From assembly GCA_034189385.1 (NCBI GenBank), contig JAXHVD010000003.1, positions 96,001-160,000 on the forward strand: DNA of 64,000 bases, in the 5' to 3' direction. The DNA is from Thermodesulfobacteriota bacterium. GTDB lineage: Bacteria > Desulfobacterota > Desulfobacteria > Desulfobacterales > C00003060. Position 1 is the stretch's first letter. Every line of letters starts with the position of its first letter. The notes under the pieces are model-generated. The model saw only the letters and a list, made by a program, of their open reading frames with translations. It was not told the origin of the DNA and made no database searches. Below are positions 49,683 through 58,840 of this stretch, one piece after another. Both the position numbers and the translations under genes were made by a program.

Positions 49683-49724
49683 TGCGGCTTTCGCCTTAAA
49701 AAACTGCGGCTTTCGCCTTAAAAA
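49683..49724. repeat. Perfect 20-nt direct repeat (period 22)
   Basis: TGCGGCTTTCGCCTTAAAAA at 49683-49702 and 49705-49724. Confidence 0.85.
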
Positions 49725-49731
49725 GATGTGA

Positions 49732-49881
49732 GGGGTCAAGGGGCCGAGGGTTCAAGGGTGTTTGGAGGATGGTCTTTCCAAAAGAACTGATCTACAAACA
49801 CACGGCAGAGGACTTGCGCTAGCTCTTAGACTATATGAGACTATTCACCATTTCACTTGAACCCTGGACCCCTTGAATCCT
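49732..49881. repeat. Element bounded by inverted arrays of degenerate 8-mers
   Basis: Left ggggtcaa-ggggccga-gggttcaa; right cacttgaaccctggaccccttgaatcct (reverse complement ggattcaa-ggggtcca-gggttcaa-gtg). Confidence 0.65.
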
Positions 49882-49896
49882 AGGAAAGGAACCATC

Positions 49897-51933
49897 TTGT
49901 CCCCCTTGCGTCGAAACATCACATACACTGTCCTACTGGCAGGGGCCGCCCTTTTTACCGGGGTCTGCGGGGGTCTCCTTTTCGCCCTCATGCACGATCT
50001 TCCGCAAATTCAGGGCCTTGACAGTTTCAAGCCCGCCGCGATCACACGGATCTATTCAGCCGACAGGCAACTGCTGGCCGAACTCTTTGTAGAAAAGCGT
50101 CAGCCTGTGCCCCTTGACGCAGTACCGGAGGATCTTAAGGCCGGGATCCTCGCCACGGAAGACGCCAAGTTCTATGACCACCCGGGAGTTGATCTGAAGG
50201 GCATTGCCCGTGCCGTCATCAGAAACATCAGGGCCGGTGAATATGTCGAAGGGGCCAGCACCATTAGCCAGCAGCTGGCCAAGACGCTTTTTCTCACACC
50301 CCGAAAGACTCTGATCCGCAAATTCAAAGAAGCCTTTCTGGCCTTTCAGATTGAGCGCCGCTATACAAAAAACGAGATACTGGGACTCTATCTGAATCAG
50401 GTCTATTTCGGAAGCGGGGCCTACGGCGTGGAAGCTGCCGCGCAGATCTTTTTCGGAAAACCTGTCCGTGAACTGACCCTGGCCGAGTGCGCATTGATCG
50501 CGGGTATGCCCAAGTCGCCTTCGCGGTACTCACCCCTGGTCAACCCAGCTTTGGCCCTAAAACGGCGCTCGGTGGTCCTGGGACAGATGGCTCGCCATGG
50601 CCTCATTAGTAAAGAAGAGTTGATGGCTGCCAATACCTCGCCTCTTCATCTAGCTCACAAGAAAGAAACATCCATAAAGGCCCCCTATTTTGTGGCCTCT
50701 GTGGCGAAGCTCCTGGAAAAGGAGTTGGGCCAGGAAGCCCTGTATCAAAAGGGACTGACCGTATACACGACGCTAGACTATTCCATGCAGAACGCTGCTG
50801 AAGAAGCGGTAGCACAGGGGCTTAAAGAGCTCTCCGCACGTATGAAGATGGCAGGTTTGGCCCAAGAGCATCTGCCCCAAGCCGCCTTGGTCTGTCTAGA
50901 TACCAAGCGCGGAAGCATTCTCGCCATGGTGGGGGGCCGCAGCTTTGAAGAAAGCCGGTTCAACCGAGCCACCATGGCCAAGAGACAGCCAGGGTCGGCA
51001 TTCAAACCCTTAGTCTATGCCCTAGCCTTGGAGAAGGGTTTTTGCCAAAACGACATGCTCTGGGACGGACCCGTGGTGTTTAAAGGCGCCCAAGAAGGCG
51101 AAGTCTGGATGCCACAGAATTTTTCAGAGGAATTCATGGGCGAGGTAACCCTTCGTCGGGCCCTGGCCCTGTCGCAGAACATCCCTGCTGTGAGACTCCT
51201 TAGCAAATTGGGACCTACGCGTGCTGTGGAGTTTGCATATAAGATGGGCATCACCTCACCCTTGGATCCGAACCTTTCCCTGGTTCTTGGAACCTCAGAG
51301 GTGACACTCCTCGAACTAACAACAGCCTATGCTGTGTTCCCCAATGGCGGCATACGGACAAGACCCTTTGGCGTGCTGGAGGTACTGGAAAGGGAACGGT
51401 CCGTCTGGAGGCACAAGTCCCAGGCGCGGCCTGTCATCAGTCCTGAAACTGCAGCAATCATGACCGATATGCTTGAAGCCGTCGTACTGGAAGGCACTGC
51501 AACGGCAGCACAGCCCATAGGTCGGCCATTGGCAGGAAAAACCGGGAGCACAGACAGCTACAAGGACGCCCTTTTTATCGGGTTTTCTCCAACCGTGGCC
51601 ACGGGGGTGTGGGTCGGCCTGGATGATCATGGGACACTGGGTGACAAAGAAACAGGTGCCAAGGCTGCCCTGCCCATATGGATCGATTTCATGGAAAAAG
51701 CCCTCAGTGACCGCCCCTATTGTGATTTTGATCTGCCCCAAGGGGTGGTCCGAGTGCATATGGATACTGAATCCGGGCTCCTTGCTTCAGAGGGCAGTCC
51801 CAACGCAGTTACTGCTTTGTTCAAGGAGGGCACGGAGCCGAAGCAGTACCACAGACGTGGTGCCAAGGGGCTCTTGGGAGGGCAGGGTAGGGGGACTTGG
51901 GAGCTTGGCAGCAGACTTACATCGCCGGAGTAG
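49897..51933 (+). CDS. Class A penicillin-binding protein (PBP1A family)
   Basis: TM anchor; EDAKFY.H.G, GASTISQQL, YLNQVYFG; SAFK, SQN, KTG motifs; TTG start inferred. Confidence 0.93.
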   Translation: MSPLRRNITYTVLLAGAALFTGVCGGLLFALMHDLPQIQGLDSFKPAAITRIYSADRQLLAELFVEKRQPVPLDAVPEDLKAGILATEDAKFYDHPGVDLKGIARAVIRNIRAGEYVEGASTISQQLAKTLFLTPRKTLIRKFKEAFLAFQIERRYTKNEILGLYLNQVYFGSGAYGVEAAAQIFFGKPVRELTLAECALIAGMPKSPSRYSPLVNPALALKRRSVVLGQMARHGLISKEELMAANTSPLHLAHKKETSIKAPYFVASVAKLLEKELGQEALYQKGLTVYTTLDYSMQNAAEEAVAQGLKELSARMKMAGLAQEHLPQAALVCLDTKRGSILAMVGGRSFEESRFNRATMAKRQPGSAFKPLVYALALEKGFCQNDMLWDGPVVFKGAQEGEVWMPQNFSEEFMGEVTLRRALALSQNIPAVRLLSKLGPTRAVEFAYKMGITSPLDPNLSLVLGTSEVTLLELTTAYAVFPNGGIRTRPFGVLEVLERERSVWRHKSQARPVISPETAAIMTDMLEAVVLEGTATAAQPIGRPLAGKTGSTDSYKDALFIGFSPTVATGVWVGLDDHGTLGDKETGAKAALPIWIDFMEKALSDRPYCDFDLPQGVVRVHMDTESGLLASEGSPNAVTALFKEGTEPKQYHRRGAKGLLGGQGRGTWELGSRLTSPE

Positions 51934-52025
51934 GGACTCTTTCAGTATTTCGTAAGAGTTCAGCGTTTTGAAACAACCCCCATTTTGCTCGCTCCCCTGA
52001 GTAATGCTGGAATTTTTTGAAGAGG

Positions 52026-52772
52026 CTAAACTGCTGCCATATTTCTTGGCTTGAGCAAATAGTCTGACTTGATGTGGCTCAGGGACCGGAAAATGTTTCC
52101 CTTGATCTTTTTGTTTGTCTCATAAAGACCGCTTAACATCTTCTTGATTTCACCGCGCTTCGATGTCCTGGCCGTAGGGCACGGGTTGGGAAAGAAGGGA
52201 AAGTCATGATCCTGTGCAAATCGATCAATGGCCTGTTCGTCAATATGGGCAAGGGGCCTAATGACGACCAGTTTTCCCTTAAAAAAGGGTTGGCACGGAA
52301 CCATGGTGCTGATCTCTCCACTATAGCACATGTTTAAGAAAAGCGTCTCGATAATGTCGTCCATGTTGTGCCCCAGGGCCAGCTTGTTGCAGCCCAGCTC
52401 GTCGGCCATTTCAAAGAGTCGCTTCCTTCGAAGGCGGGCGCACAGAAAGCAGGGGTTCTCCCGGTTTTCCTCGCTGTGGCTTCTTGTGCCGTAGTCCGTA
52501 TACTCCACTTTCAGACTGTAGCCCCTGTCCTTGCAGTATGCCTCGATGAGGGGTGCAGGGGCCCCTTTAAAGCCCAAGTCTATGTGAATGGCCTTGAGGG
52601 AGTAATGGATGGGAATGCGGGACAGGCGTTCATGGAGGATCCACATGAGGGTGAGGCTATCTTTTCCGCCAGACAACCCCACGGCGATCCGGTCCCCATC
52701 TGCTATCATGTCATAGTGGTGTATGGCCTGGCCAACCGAGCGCCGCACGGCCTTATCCCTAAAACGAGACAC
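52026..52772 (-). CDS. ttcA: tRNA 2-thiocytidine biosynthesis protein TtcA-like
   Basis: PP-loop SGGKDS, CFLCARLRR, GHNMDD..ET, IRPL, NPCP. Confidence 0.88.
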   Translation of the reverse strand: MSRFRDKAVRRSVGQAIHHYDMIADGDRIAVGLSGGKDSLTLMWILHERLSRIPIHYSLKAIHIDLGFKGAPAPLIEAYCKDRGYSLKVEYTDYGTRSHSEENRENPCFLCARLRRKRLFEMADELGCNKLALGHNMDDIIETLFLNMCYSGEISTMVPCQPFFKGKLVVIRPLAHIDEQAIDRFAQDHDFPFFPNPCPTARTSKRGEIKKMLSGLYETNKKIKGNIFRSLSHIKSDYLLKPRNMAAV

Positions 52773-52781
52773 GGAATCGTC

Positions 52782-52997
52782 TCATGCCTCCTCTTGTTCC
52801 TGGGATTCCTTCTTCTCGATAATAACCTTTCCTGCCGCGATTTCACGAAGAGCGATCACGATGTCTTCATTCTTGGGAGACTGAACCAGATACTGGGCAC
52901 CCTCCCGCGTTTGCCGAACCCGCTTGGCCGCTACATGAACCAGCATGAATCGGTTCTGGCAACGCCTCAGGCAGTCTTCTACAGTAACACGAGCCAT
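52782..52997 (-). CDS. rpoZ: RNA polymerase subunit omega
   Basis: [28 protein letters not shown]. Confidence 0.97.
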   Translation of the reverse strand: MARVTVEDCLRRCQNRFMLVHVAAKRVRQTREGAQYLVQSPKNEDIVIALREIAAGKVIIEKKESQEQEEA

Positions 52998-53070
52998 ATA
53001 TACCTCCTTAGACCGACAACATTACCCACTTCTGTCAAGTGGGGGTAAAAAAGGGCTTCATGGAAGGAGA

Positions 53071-53802
53071 CTAAAGGGAAAAACGAACCGCGTAAAGTTC
53101 CCCGGTTTCTACAACCCGGAGTTGCATTCTCAGTTCTCCTGTCCCCTTTGCCTCGCCAGGGAAAAAAATGAACCCGTGGGCAATAGAATGGGGCGATATG
53201 GCCTTGTTTTCCAGGGCCTTTGCCTGAAGGTCCTGAGAGATGGTAGCCCGCGCCTCTCCTTCTGTAGCGGCAGCCTCGGCTCCGCCCAATGTGGCCCCCA
53301 CAGCAGCGCCTACAGCAGCCCCTTTTCCTGCCGATTCTGCCACATTGTCACCAACTACGATGCCGATGGCAGCGCCCACCAAGGCCCCGGCAGCACCGCT
53401 GAGCAGTCCGGGCGTCACAGCCCCTTTTGCGATCCGGGACATCTCCATCTTCTCAGTGACCCGGTCATAGGCCAGACTGGAATCTAGGATCGACCACAGA
53501 TTGTTCTCTCCATCAATCAAGAAGGTCTGGGAGGGTTCAATCTCAAGGGACTGGTCCCCCAAATTGTCAAAAATCACCTGCACGGGATAAAGGCCCGCGC
53601 CCCGTATGTCCCACCCGAAGGCCTCTTTTGCTTCCTTGGCCTCCTCATAGGCCCTGGCAGCAATGGTGGCTCCGGCCACATTCATGGCGTTGCCATAGGC
53701 ATTAGGCATCTTAAAAGGGACCACCTGCGTCTTGTGGCCTGTGCAACCGGCCATAGCCAAGACAATCACCATAGAGCATACAAGAAGCCCGCGATTTCTC
53801 AT
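53071..53802 (-). CDS. Glycine-zipper lipoprotein
   Basis: Lipobox MAGC; GAAGALVGAAIG...GAAVGAAVGATLGG. Confidence 0.78.
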   Translation of the reverse strand: MRNRGLLVCSMVIVLAMAGCTGHKTQVVPFKMPNAYGNAMNVAGATIAARAYEEAKEAKEAFGWDIRGAGLYPVQVIFDNLGDQSLEIEPSQTFLIDGENNLWSILDSSLAYDRVTEKMEMSRIAKGAVTPGLLSGAAGALVGAAIGIVVGDNVAESAGKGAAVGAAVGATLGGAEAAATEGEARATISQDLQAKALENKAISPHSIAHGFIFFPGEAKGTGELRMQLRVVETGELYAVRFSL

Positions 53803-53851
53803 AACAGCCTTCCCCTTGTCCTCTGGAACCGGTGACAAAACAGCCAGGCTC

Positions 53852-54325
53852 TTAGGACGTTCGGATGTCAACTAGTTCATATTGGCGCGTGCCCCCAGGG
53901 GCCTGAACCACAATCTCCTCTCCCACCTTCTTCCCAATCATGGCCCGGCCAACAGGAGAGGAAACCGAGATGCGCCCCTGTTGCACGTCAGACTCGTCCG
54001 GTCCCACGAGTTGGTATTGCACTTCCTCTTCTGTGTCTAAGTTTTCCAGCACCACGGTGCAGCCGAACACGGCACAGTCCGTGGTCACGGTCTTCGGGTC
54101 TATCACATCGGCACAGGCGACCTTGTGCTCAAGTTCCCCGATTTGCCTCTCCAGAAATGCCTGGCGATCTTTGGCGGCTTCATATTCCGCGTTTTCTGTG
54201 AGGTCTCCATGGGCCCGGGCCTCTGCAATGGCCTTTACGACCTTTGGCCTTTCAATGGCCTTAAGGACCCTTACCTGTTCTTTCATGGCCTCAAAGCCCG
54301 CTTTTGTAATCGGTATGCGTTCCAA
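53852..54325 (-). CDS. greA: Transcription elongation factor GreA
   Basis: P.T..G, AR.HGDL.ENAEY.AAK, LVGPDESD, ISV.SPVGRA. Confidence 0.96.
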   Translation of the reverse strand: MERIPITKAGFEAMKEQVRVLKAIERPKVVKAIAEARAHGDLTENAEYEAAKDRQAFLERQIGELEHKVACADVIDPKTVTTDCAVFGCTVVLENLDTEEEVQYQLVGPDESDVQQGRISVSSPVGRAMIGKKVGEEIVVQAPGGTRQYELVDIRTS

Positions 54326-54389
54326 CGACTTGCTCCTTATAACATTATCAACTTATCTGCTTATCTGCTACCAGCCAGTCCTCACACCA

Positions 54390-55415
54390 TCACCCGCTCA
54401 AATACTCTCGCGCCAGGATTTCTGCTATTTGCACCGCATTGGTGGCGGCCCCTTTGCGGATGTTGTCCGACACCACCCACAGATTGATTCCATTGTCAAT
54501 GGACTCATCGGCCCTTATGCGGCCCACAAAGGTTTCATCCTTGCCGGCGGCCTCAATGGCCATGGGATAAAGGCTCCGGGACGGGTTATCCATTACCTTT
54601 ACGCCCGGGGCGTTTTCCAGCAGGATTCGTACCCCTTTGGGGGTGATCGGCCGTCGCGTTTCAACATTCACAGACTCTGAGTGGCTAAAGAAGACGGGCA
54701 CCCGAACTGTCGTAGCCGTGATGCCAATGGTATCGTCTTCAAAGATCTTTCGTGTCTCGTGTACCATCTTCATCTCTTCTTTTGTGTAGCCATTGTCCAA
54801 AAAGACATCTATCTGAGGCAGGCAATTGAAGGCAATCCTATGGGGATAGACCTTCTTCTCCGGCTCCATGAAGTTGAGCATAGCCTTGGTCTGGTCGTAG
54901 AGTTCGTCAATGGCCTTCTTCCCTGTACCGGAAACGGCCTGGTAGGTGGAGACCACAATCCGCTTGATACCCGCATTTTTCTGAATGGGCGCCAAGGCCA
55001 CCACCATCTGAATAGTCGAGCAGTTAGGATTGGCAATGATACCCTTATTTGTATACCCGCCTACAGCATGGGGATTCACCTCTGGAACGACCAAGGGCAC
55101 CTCCGGGTCCATACGCCAGGCAGCAGAATTGTCCACCACTACGCAGCCGTCCGCCGCAGCCATAGGTGCAAACTTCTCACTGGTGGCCCCACCAGCAGAG
55201 AAAATGCCAATCTCTACCCCTTTAAAGGACTGGTCTGTCAACTCCTCCACAACGATCTCCTGGCCTTTGAACCGCATCTTCCGGCCCGCAGACCTGGCTG
55301 TTGCAAGCAGTCTCAGGTCCTTTACCGGAAAATTCCTCTCTTCCAGGCAAGCAATCATCTGGTTTCCCACAGCACCCGTTGCCCCAGCCACAGCCACGTT
55401 AAATAACTTGCCCAT
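54390..55415 (-). CDS. asd: Aspartate-semialdehyde dehydrogenase
   Basis: GATGAVG, PLVVPEVN, ANPNCSTIQ, YQAVSG.G, RVPVFFSHSE, DNIRKGAA.NAVQIAE. Confidence 0.97.
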   Translation of the reverse strand: MGKLFNVAVAGATGAVGNQMIACLEERNFPVKDLRLLATARSAGRKMRFKGQEIVVEELTDQSFKGVEIGIFSAGGATSEKFAPMAAADGCVVVDNSAAWRMDPEVPLVVPEVNPHAVGGYTNKGIIANPNCSTIQMVVALAPIQKNAGIKRIVVSTYQAVSGTGKKAIDELYDQTKAMLNFMEPEKKVYPHRIAFNCLPQIDVFLDNGYTKEEMKMVHETRKIFEDDTIGITATTVRVPVFFSHSESVNVETRRPITPKGVRILLENAPGVKVMDNPSRSLYPMAIEAAGKDETFVGRIRADESIDNGINLWVVSDNIRKGAATNAVQIAEILAREYLSG

Positions 55416-55452
55416 CTTCTATGCCTCCCTTTTTCAGGTGCCCAGCCAACTG

Positions 55453-56520
55453 CTAAATATTGATGGCTTCTACGATCAAATCCCCGACCTCGGCTGTGGA
55501 ATGGCCCATCTGGCCTGCCCCCACGCCCTTCAGCTCGTCTCGCAACACCTTGGCTACGCCCCTTTCAACCATCTGGGCAGCATCGGGCTCTCCAAGGGTT
55601 TCGAGCATGAGTTTGGCAGCCAGAATGGCTCCAATAGGATTGATCACATTCTTTCCCGCATACTTGGGAGAAGACCCCCCTATGGGCTCGAACATGGAGA
55701 CCCCTTCGGGGTTGATGTTTCCGCCTGCGGCCACGCCCATGCCGCCCTGAAGCATGGCGCCAAGGTCCGTAATAATATCACCGAACATGTTTTCCGTAAC
55801 CACCACATCAAACGATTCAGGGTTTTTGATCATCCACATGCACAAGGCGTCCACGTGCATATAGTCGGTCTCAATATCAGGGTATTCCTCTGCCACCTCC
55901 TTGAAGGTGCGCTCCCAAAGGTCAAAGGTATAGGTCAAGACATTGGTCTTTCCACAGAGGGTGACCTTTTGGGCCCCATTACGCGCTTTGCATACCTCAA
56001 AGGCGTAGCGGATACACCGCTCCACCCCCATGCGTGTGCTGATAGACTCCTGAATGGCCACCTCGTTGGGGGTTCCCCGTCTCAAGATGCCCCCAGCGCC
56101 TGCATAGAGGCCCTCTGTATTCTCACGGACCACCACAAAGTCTATCTCCTCAGGCCCCTTGTCCTTAAGGGGGGTCTCCACACCCGGATAGAGCTTGATG
56201 GGTCTGAGATTGACGTACTGATCCAACTCAAAGCGAAGCCTAAGGAGCACCCCCTTTTCCAGTATGCCCGGGGGCACCCCTGGATCACCAATGGCGCCAA
56301 GATATATGGCGTCACATCCCCTCAATGCCTCCAGGACACCATCGGAAATGGTCTCGCCTGTCTTGTTGTAGTGTCTGGCACCCAGGTCAAAATCATGAAA
56401 GGCGAGTCTGAAACCGTTTCTTTTGGAAACCGCCTCAAGGACCTTCAGCCCCTCGGTGACCATCTCGGGACCCGTGCCATCTCCCGGTACCACAGCTATC
56501 TTATACGCTCTTTCAGTCAT
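55453..56520 (-). CDS. leuB: 3-isopropylmalate dehydrogenase (beta-decarboxylating dehydrogenase family)
   Basis: [44 protein letters not shown]; leuB-asd synteny. Confidence 0.85.
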   Translation of the reverse strand: MTERAYKIAVVPGDGTGPEMVTEGLKVLEAVSKRNGFRLAFHDFDLGARHYNKTGETISDGVLEALRGCDAIYLGAIGDPGVPPGILEKGVLLRLRFELDQYVNLRPIKLYPGVETPLKDKGPEEIDFVVVRENTEGLYAGAGGILRRGTPNEVAIQESISTRMGVERCIRYAFEVCKARNGAQKVTLCGKTNVLTYTFDLWERTFKEVAEEYPDIETDYMHVDALCMWMIKNPESFDVVVTENMFGDIITDLGAMLQGGMGVAAGGNINPEGVSMFEPIGGSSPKYAGKNVINPIGAILAAKLMLETLGEPDAAQMVERGVAKVLRDELKGVGAGQMGHSTAEVGDLIVEAINI

Positions 56521-56593
56521 GGCCTCTCAATTCAGATCAAAATGGATGTGGATGAGAAGGATGATCTCCTCATCTGTTTGAGTGAAAATGATT

Positions 56594-56622
56594 AGGTTAT
56601 CCATTTATGACCTTTCTGTCAA
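56594..56622 (-). promoter_or_regulatory. Sigma70-type promoter of leuB-asd
   Basis: TTGACA-17 nt-TAACCT on the minus strand. Confidence 0.55.
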
Positions 56623-56774
56623 GATAACCTGGCCCAAAACACACCTTAGCCTAGACGATTTTCACCCTCATTGAACCAAAGAGGGCATTTCCTACCTGAA
56701 ATCTCTTGGAGCTGTCACCAAAAGACCTTCCCTAACCCGTTTGATGCCTATCCTTTTGACACCCCCCAGTCCTT

Positions 56775-56803
56775 TTGACATCCTTTTGATAATCAGCCAT
56801 AAT
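56775..56803 (+). promoter_or_regulatory. Sigma70-type promoter upstream of the ubiB-like gene
   Basis: TTGACA-17 nt-CATAAT. Confidence 0.55.
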
Positions 56804-56955
56804 AGACTATAAAGACTAACCATTTGGAATTGAAATAACTGTTTTCAGCCATATCACAGATGGCACTGGCACAGGAGCCTTCACAAGCACCACGACAGGA
56901 CTGAAGCCCACCGCCACCTACGATGGGAGGGCCTATCTCACGGATTAGGATTTAC

Positions 56956-57012
56956 GGGGTCAAGGGGCCAAGGATGCGAGTGAGAAGGACGATCACTGGA
57001 TGCTGGATACTC
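56956..57012. repeat. Second copy of the degenerate 8-mer array family
   Basis: ggggtcaa-ggggccaa-ggatgcga-gtga, followed by an inverted-like tcactggatgctggatactc. Confidence 0.5.
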
Positions 57013-57039
57013 CAGGCCATAGGAGGTTGCGAATAACGG

Positions 57040-58737
57040 ATGTTGAGTATTAGAAAGATAGGCGTCATACGCCGCGGCTATCGCCACCTCAACCGCTACC
57101 GCCAGATCGTTTCCGTATTGATCAAATACGGCTTTGACGATCTCATAGATACGCTGAATATCGAGCAGTACTTTGAGATGGGCCTGGGGATGATTTCCCG
57201 CAAAGAACGCCCCCCTGTGGAGCGCTTCACCCGGGCCGAGCGGGTCCGTATGGCCCTGGAAGAACTGGGCCCCACCTTTGTCAAACTGGGCCAAATCCTT
57301 GCCACGCGCCCCGACCTGGTCTCAGCAGAGTTTGTCCGGGAATTCGAAAAGCTCCAGGACCATGTCCCACCCTTTGCGTATGAAGAGGTAAGACAGATCA
57401 TTGAAAAAGAGCTTGGCCAGGATGTGGAGGGCCTGTTTGAGTCCTTTGACGAAGAGCCTCTGGCCGCCGCCTCCATAGGACAAGTCCATGGCGCACGCCT
57501 CAATGACGGTGAGGCAGTGGTGGTCAAGATCCAGCGGCCCGGCATCCGTAAGGTCGTTGAAGTGGATCTGGAAATCATGCTCCATTTGGCCTCCCTCATG
57601 GAGCGGCACCTTGAAGAAGTAGAAATGCACCGCCCCACGAGAATCGTGGCGGAATTTGCCCGCTCCATTGAAAAGGAGATCGACTACACCGTAGAGGCCT
57701 CCCACATGGAGCGCTTTGCCGCCCAGTTTCAGGGCGACATGACCATCTACGTGCCAAAAGTCTTTCGAGAATGGAGCACGGAGCGGGTCCTTACCGTAGA
57801 ATACATTGACGGGATCAAGGCCTCTGAAGTCGATCGCATAGACGAGGAAGGGTTGGACCGTAAGACTATTACGGCCAGGGGCGCGGACCTGATCCTTAAA
57901 CAGATCTTTGAGCACGGCTTTTTCCATGCAGACCCGCACCCCGGAAACATCTATGTGCTCCCGGACAATATGATCTGCTACCTGGACTGCGGTATGATGG
58001 GACGCATCGACCGGCAGACCAGGGAAGACGCTGCCGAACTCATACACGCCCTTTCCCGGGGAGATGAATCCAAGACCATCCAGGCCCTCCTCAAACTGGT
58101 GGACTATGATGAGCAGCCGGATCTGCGCACCCTGGAAAGGGATGTGGCCGATTTTGCCGGACATCACCTGTACAAGCCTTTAAGGGACATAGACATAGGA
58201 AAGCTCTTCCAAGATCTCCTGGAGCTGCTCTCCCAGCACCGCCTGGCCATTCCGCAGGTCCTTTTCCTCATGCTCAAGGCGCTCACGACATGGGAGGGCG
58301 TTGGCCGATCTCTGGACCCTGATTTTCACATCATGGAAAGGGCGGCACCCTTTATCAGGCGGGTGAGAACAGAGAGAATGCACCCTGAGCGGATTGCAGG
58401 AGACGTCTTTGATACCAGCATGGAGCTGTTGCGCCTGGCCCAAGAGATGCCAGGTGAGTTGCGTGAGCTTCTGCTCCGCCTTAAACAGGGCAAGCTGAAG
58501 GTAGAACTGGAACACCAGGGCCTGGAGGGGATGCTTGCAAGGCAGGATCAGGCCCGCAACCGTGTGGCCTTTTCCATCGTCATTGCTGCCCTTATCATCG
58601 GCTCGGCCCTCATCGTTCTCTCAAGGACCCCGCCCCTTGTCTTCGGCATCTCCGTCATTGGCATCATCGGCTTTGCGGCAGCCGCCTTCTTGGGGGCGTG
58701 GCTTTTTCTAGCGATCATGAGAAAAGGACGGCTTTAG
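57040..58737 (+). CDS. AarF/ABC1/UbiB-family atypical kinase
   Basis: LGPTFVKLGQ, AAASIGQVH, VVKIQRPG, FFHADPHPGN, LDCGM; two C-terminal TM helices. Confidence 0.92.
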   Translation: MLSIRKIGVIRRGYRHLNRYRQIVSVLIKYGFDDLIDTLNIEQYFEMGLGMISRKERPPVERFTRAERVRMALEELGPTFVKLGQILATRPDLVSAEFVREFEKLQDHVPPFAYEEVRQIIEKELGQDVEGLFESFDEEPLAAASIGQVHGARLNDGEAVVVKIQRPGIRKVVEVDLEIMLHLASLMERHLEEVEMHRPTRIVAEFARSIEKEIDYTVEASHMERFAAQFQGDMTIYVPKVFREWSTERVLTVEYIDGIKASEVDRIDEEGLDRKTITARGADLILKQIFEHGFFHADPHPGNIYVLPDNMICYLDCGMMGRIDRQTREDAAELIHALSRGDESKTIQALLKLVDYDEQPDLRTLERDVADFAGHHLYKPLRDIDIGKLFQDLLELLSQHRLAIPQVLFLMLKALTTWEGVGRSLDPDFHIMERAAPFIRRVRTERMHPERIAGDVFDTSMELLRLAQEMPGELRELLLRLKQGKLKVELEHQGLEGMLARQDQARNRVAFSIVIAALIIGSALIVLSRTPPLVFGISVIGIIGFAAAAFLGAWLFLAIMRKGRL

Positions 58738-58840
58738 GGAAAATATCTGCCCCGCCGGTCAAAGACCCTAGTTGTCGATTGACCTTTGGACCTCTAGGCC
58801 TTATCTTCCGCAAGTCGACATTCTGTCCCTGGAGGTCCTG

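Noticed and set aside
56521..56593. Leucine attenuator leader upstream of leuB
   Set aside because: The short ORF (MRRSSFSSTSILI) is not Leu-rich and there is no terminator with a U-tract.
55030..56595. 521-aa + strand ORF
   Set aside because: Antisense shadow of leuB/asd with no recognisable motifs; typical of GC-biased codon usage.
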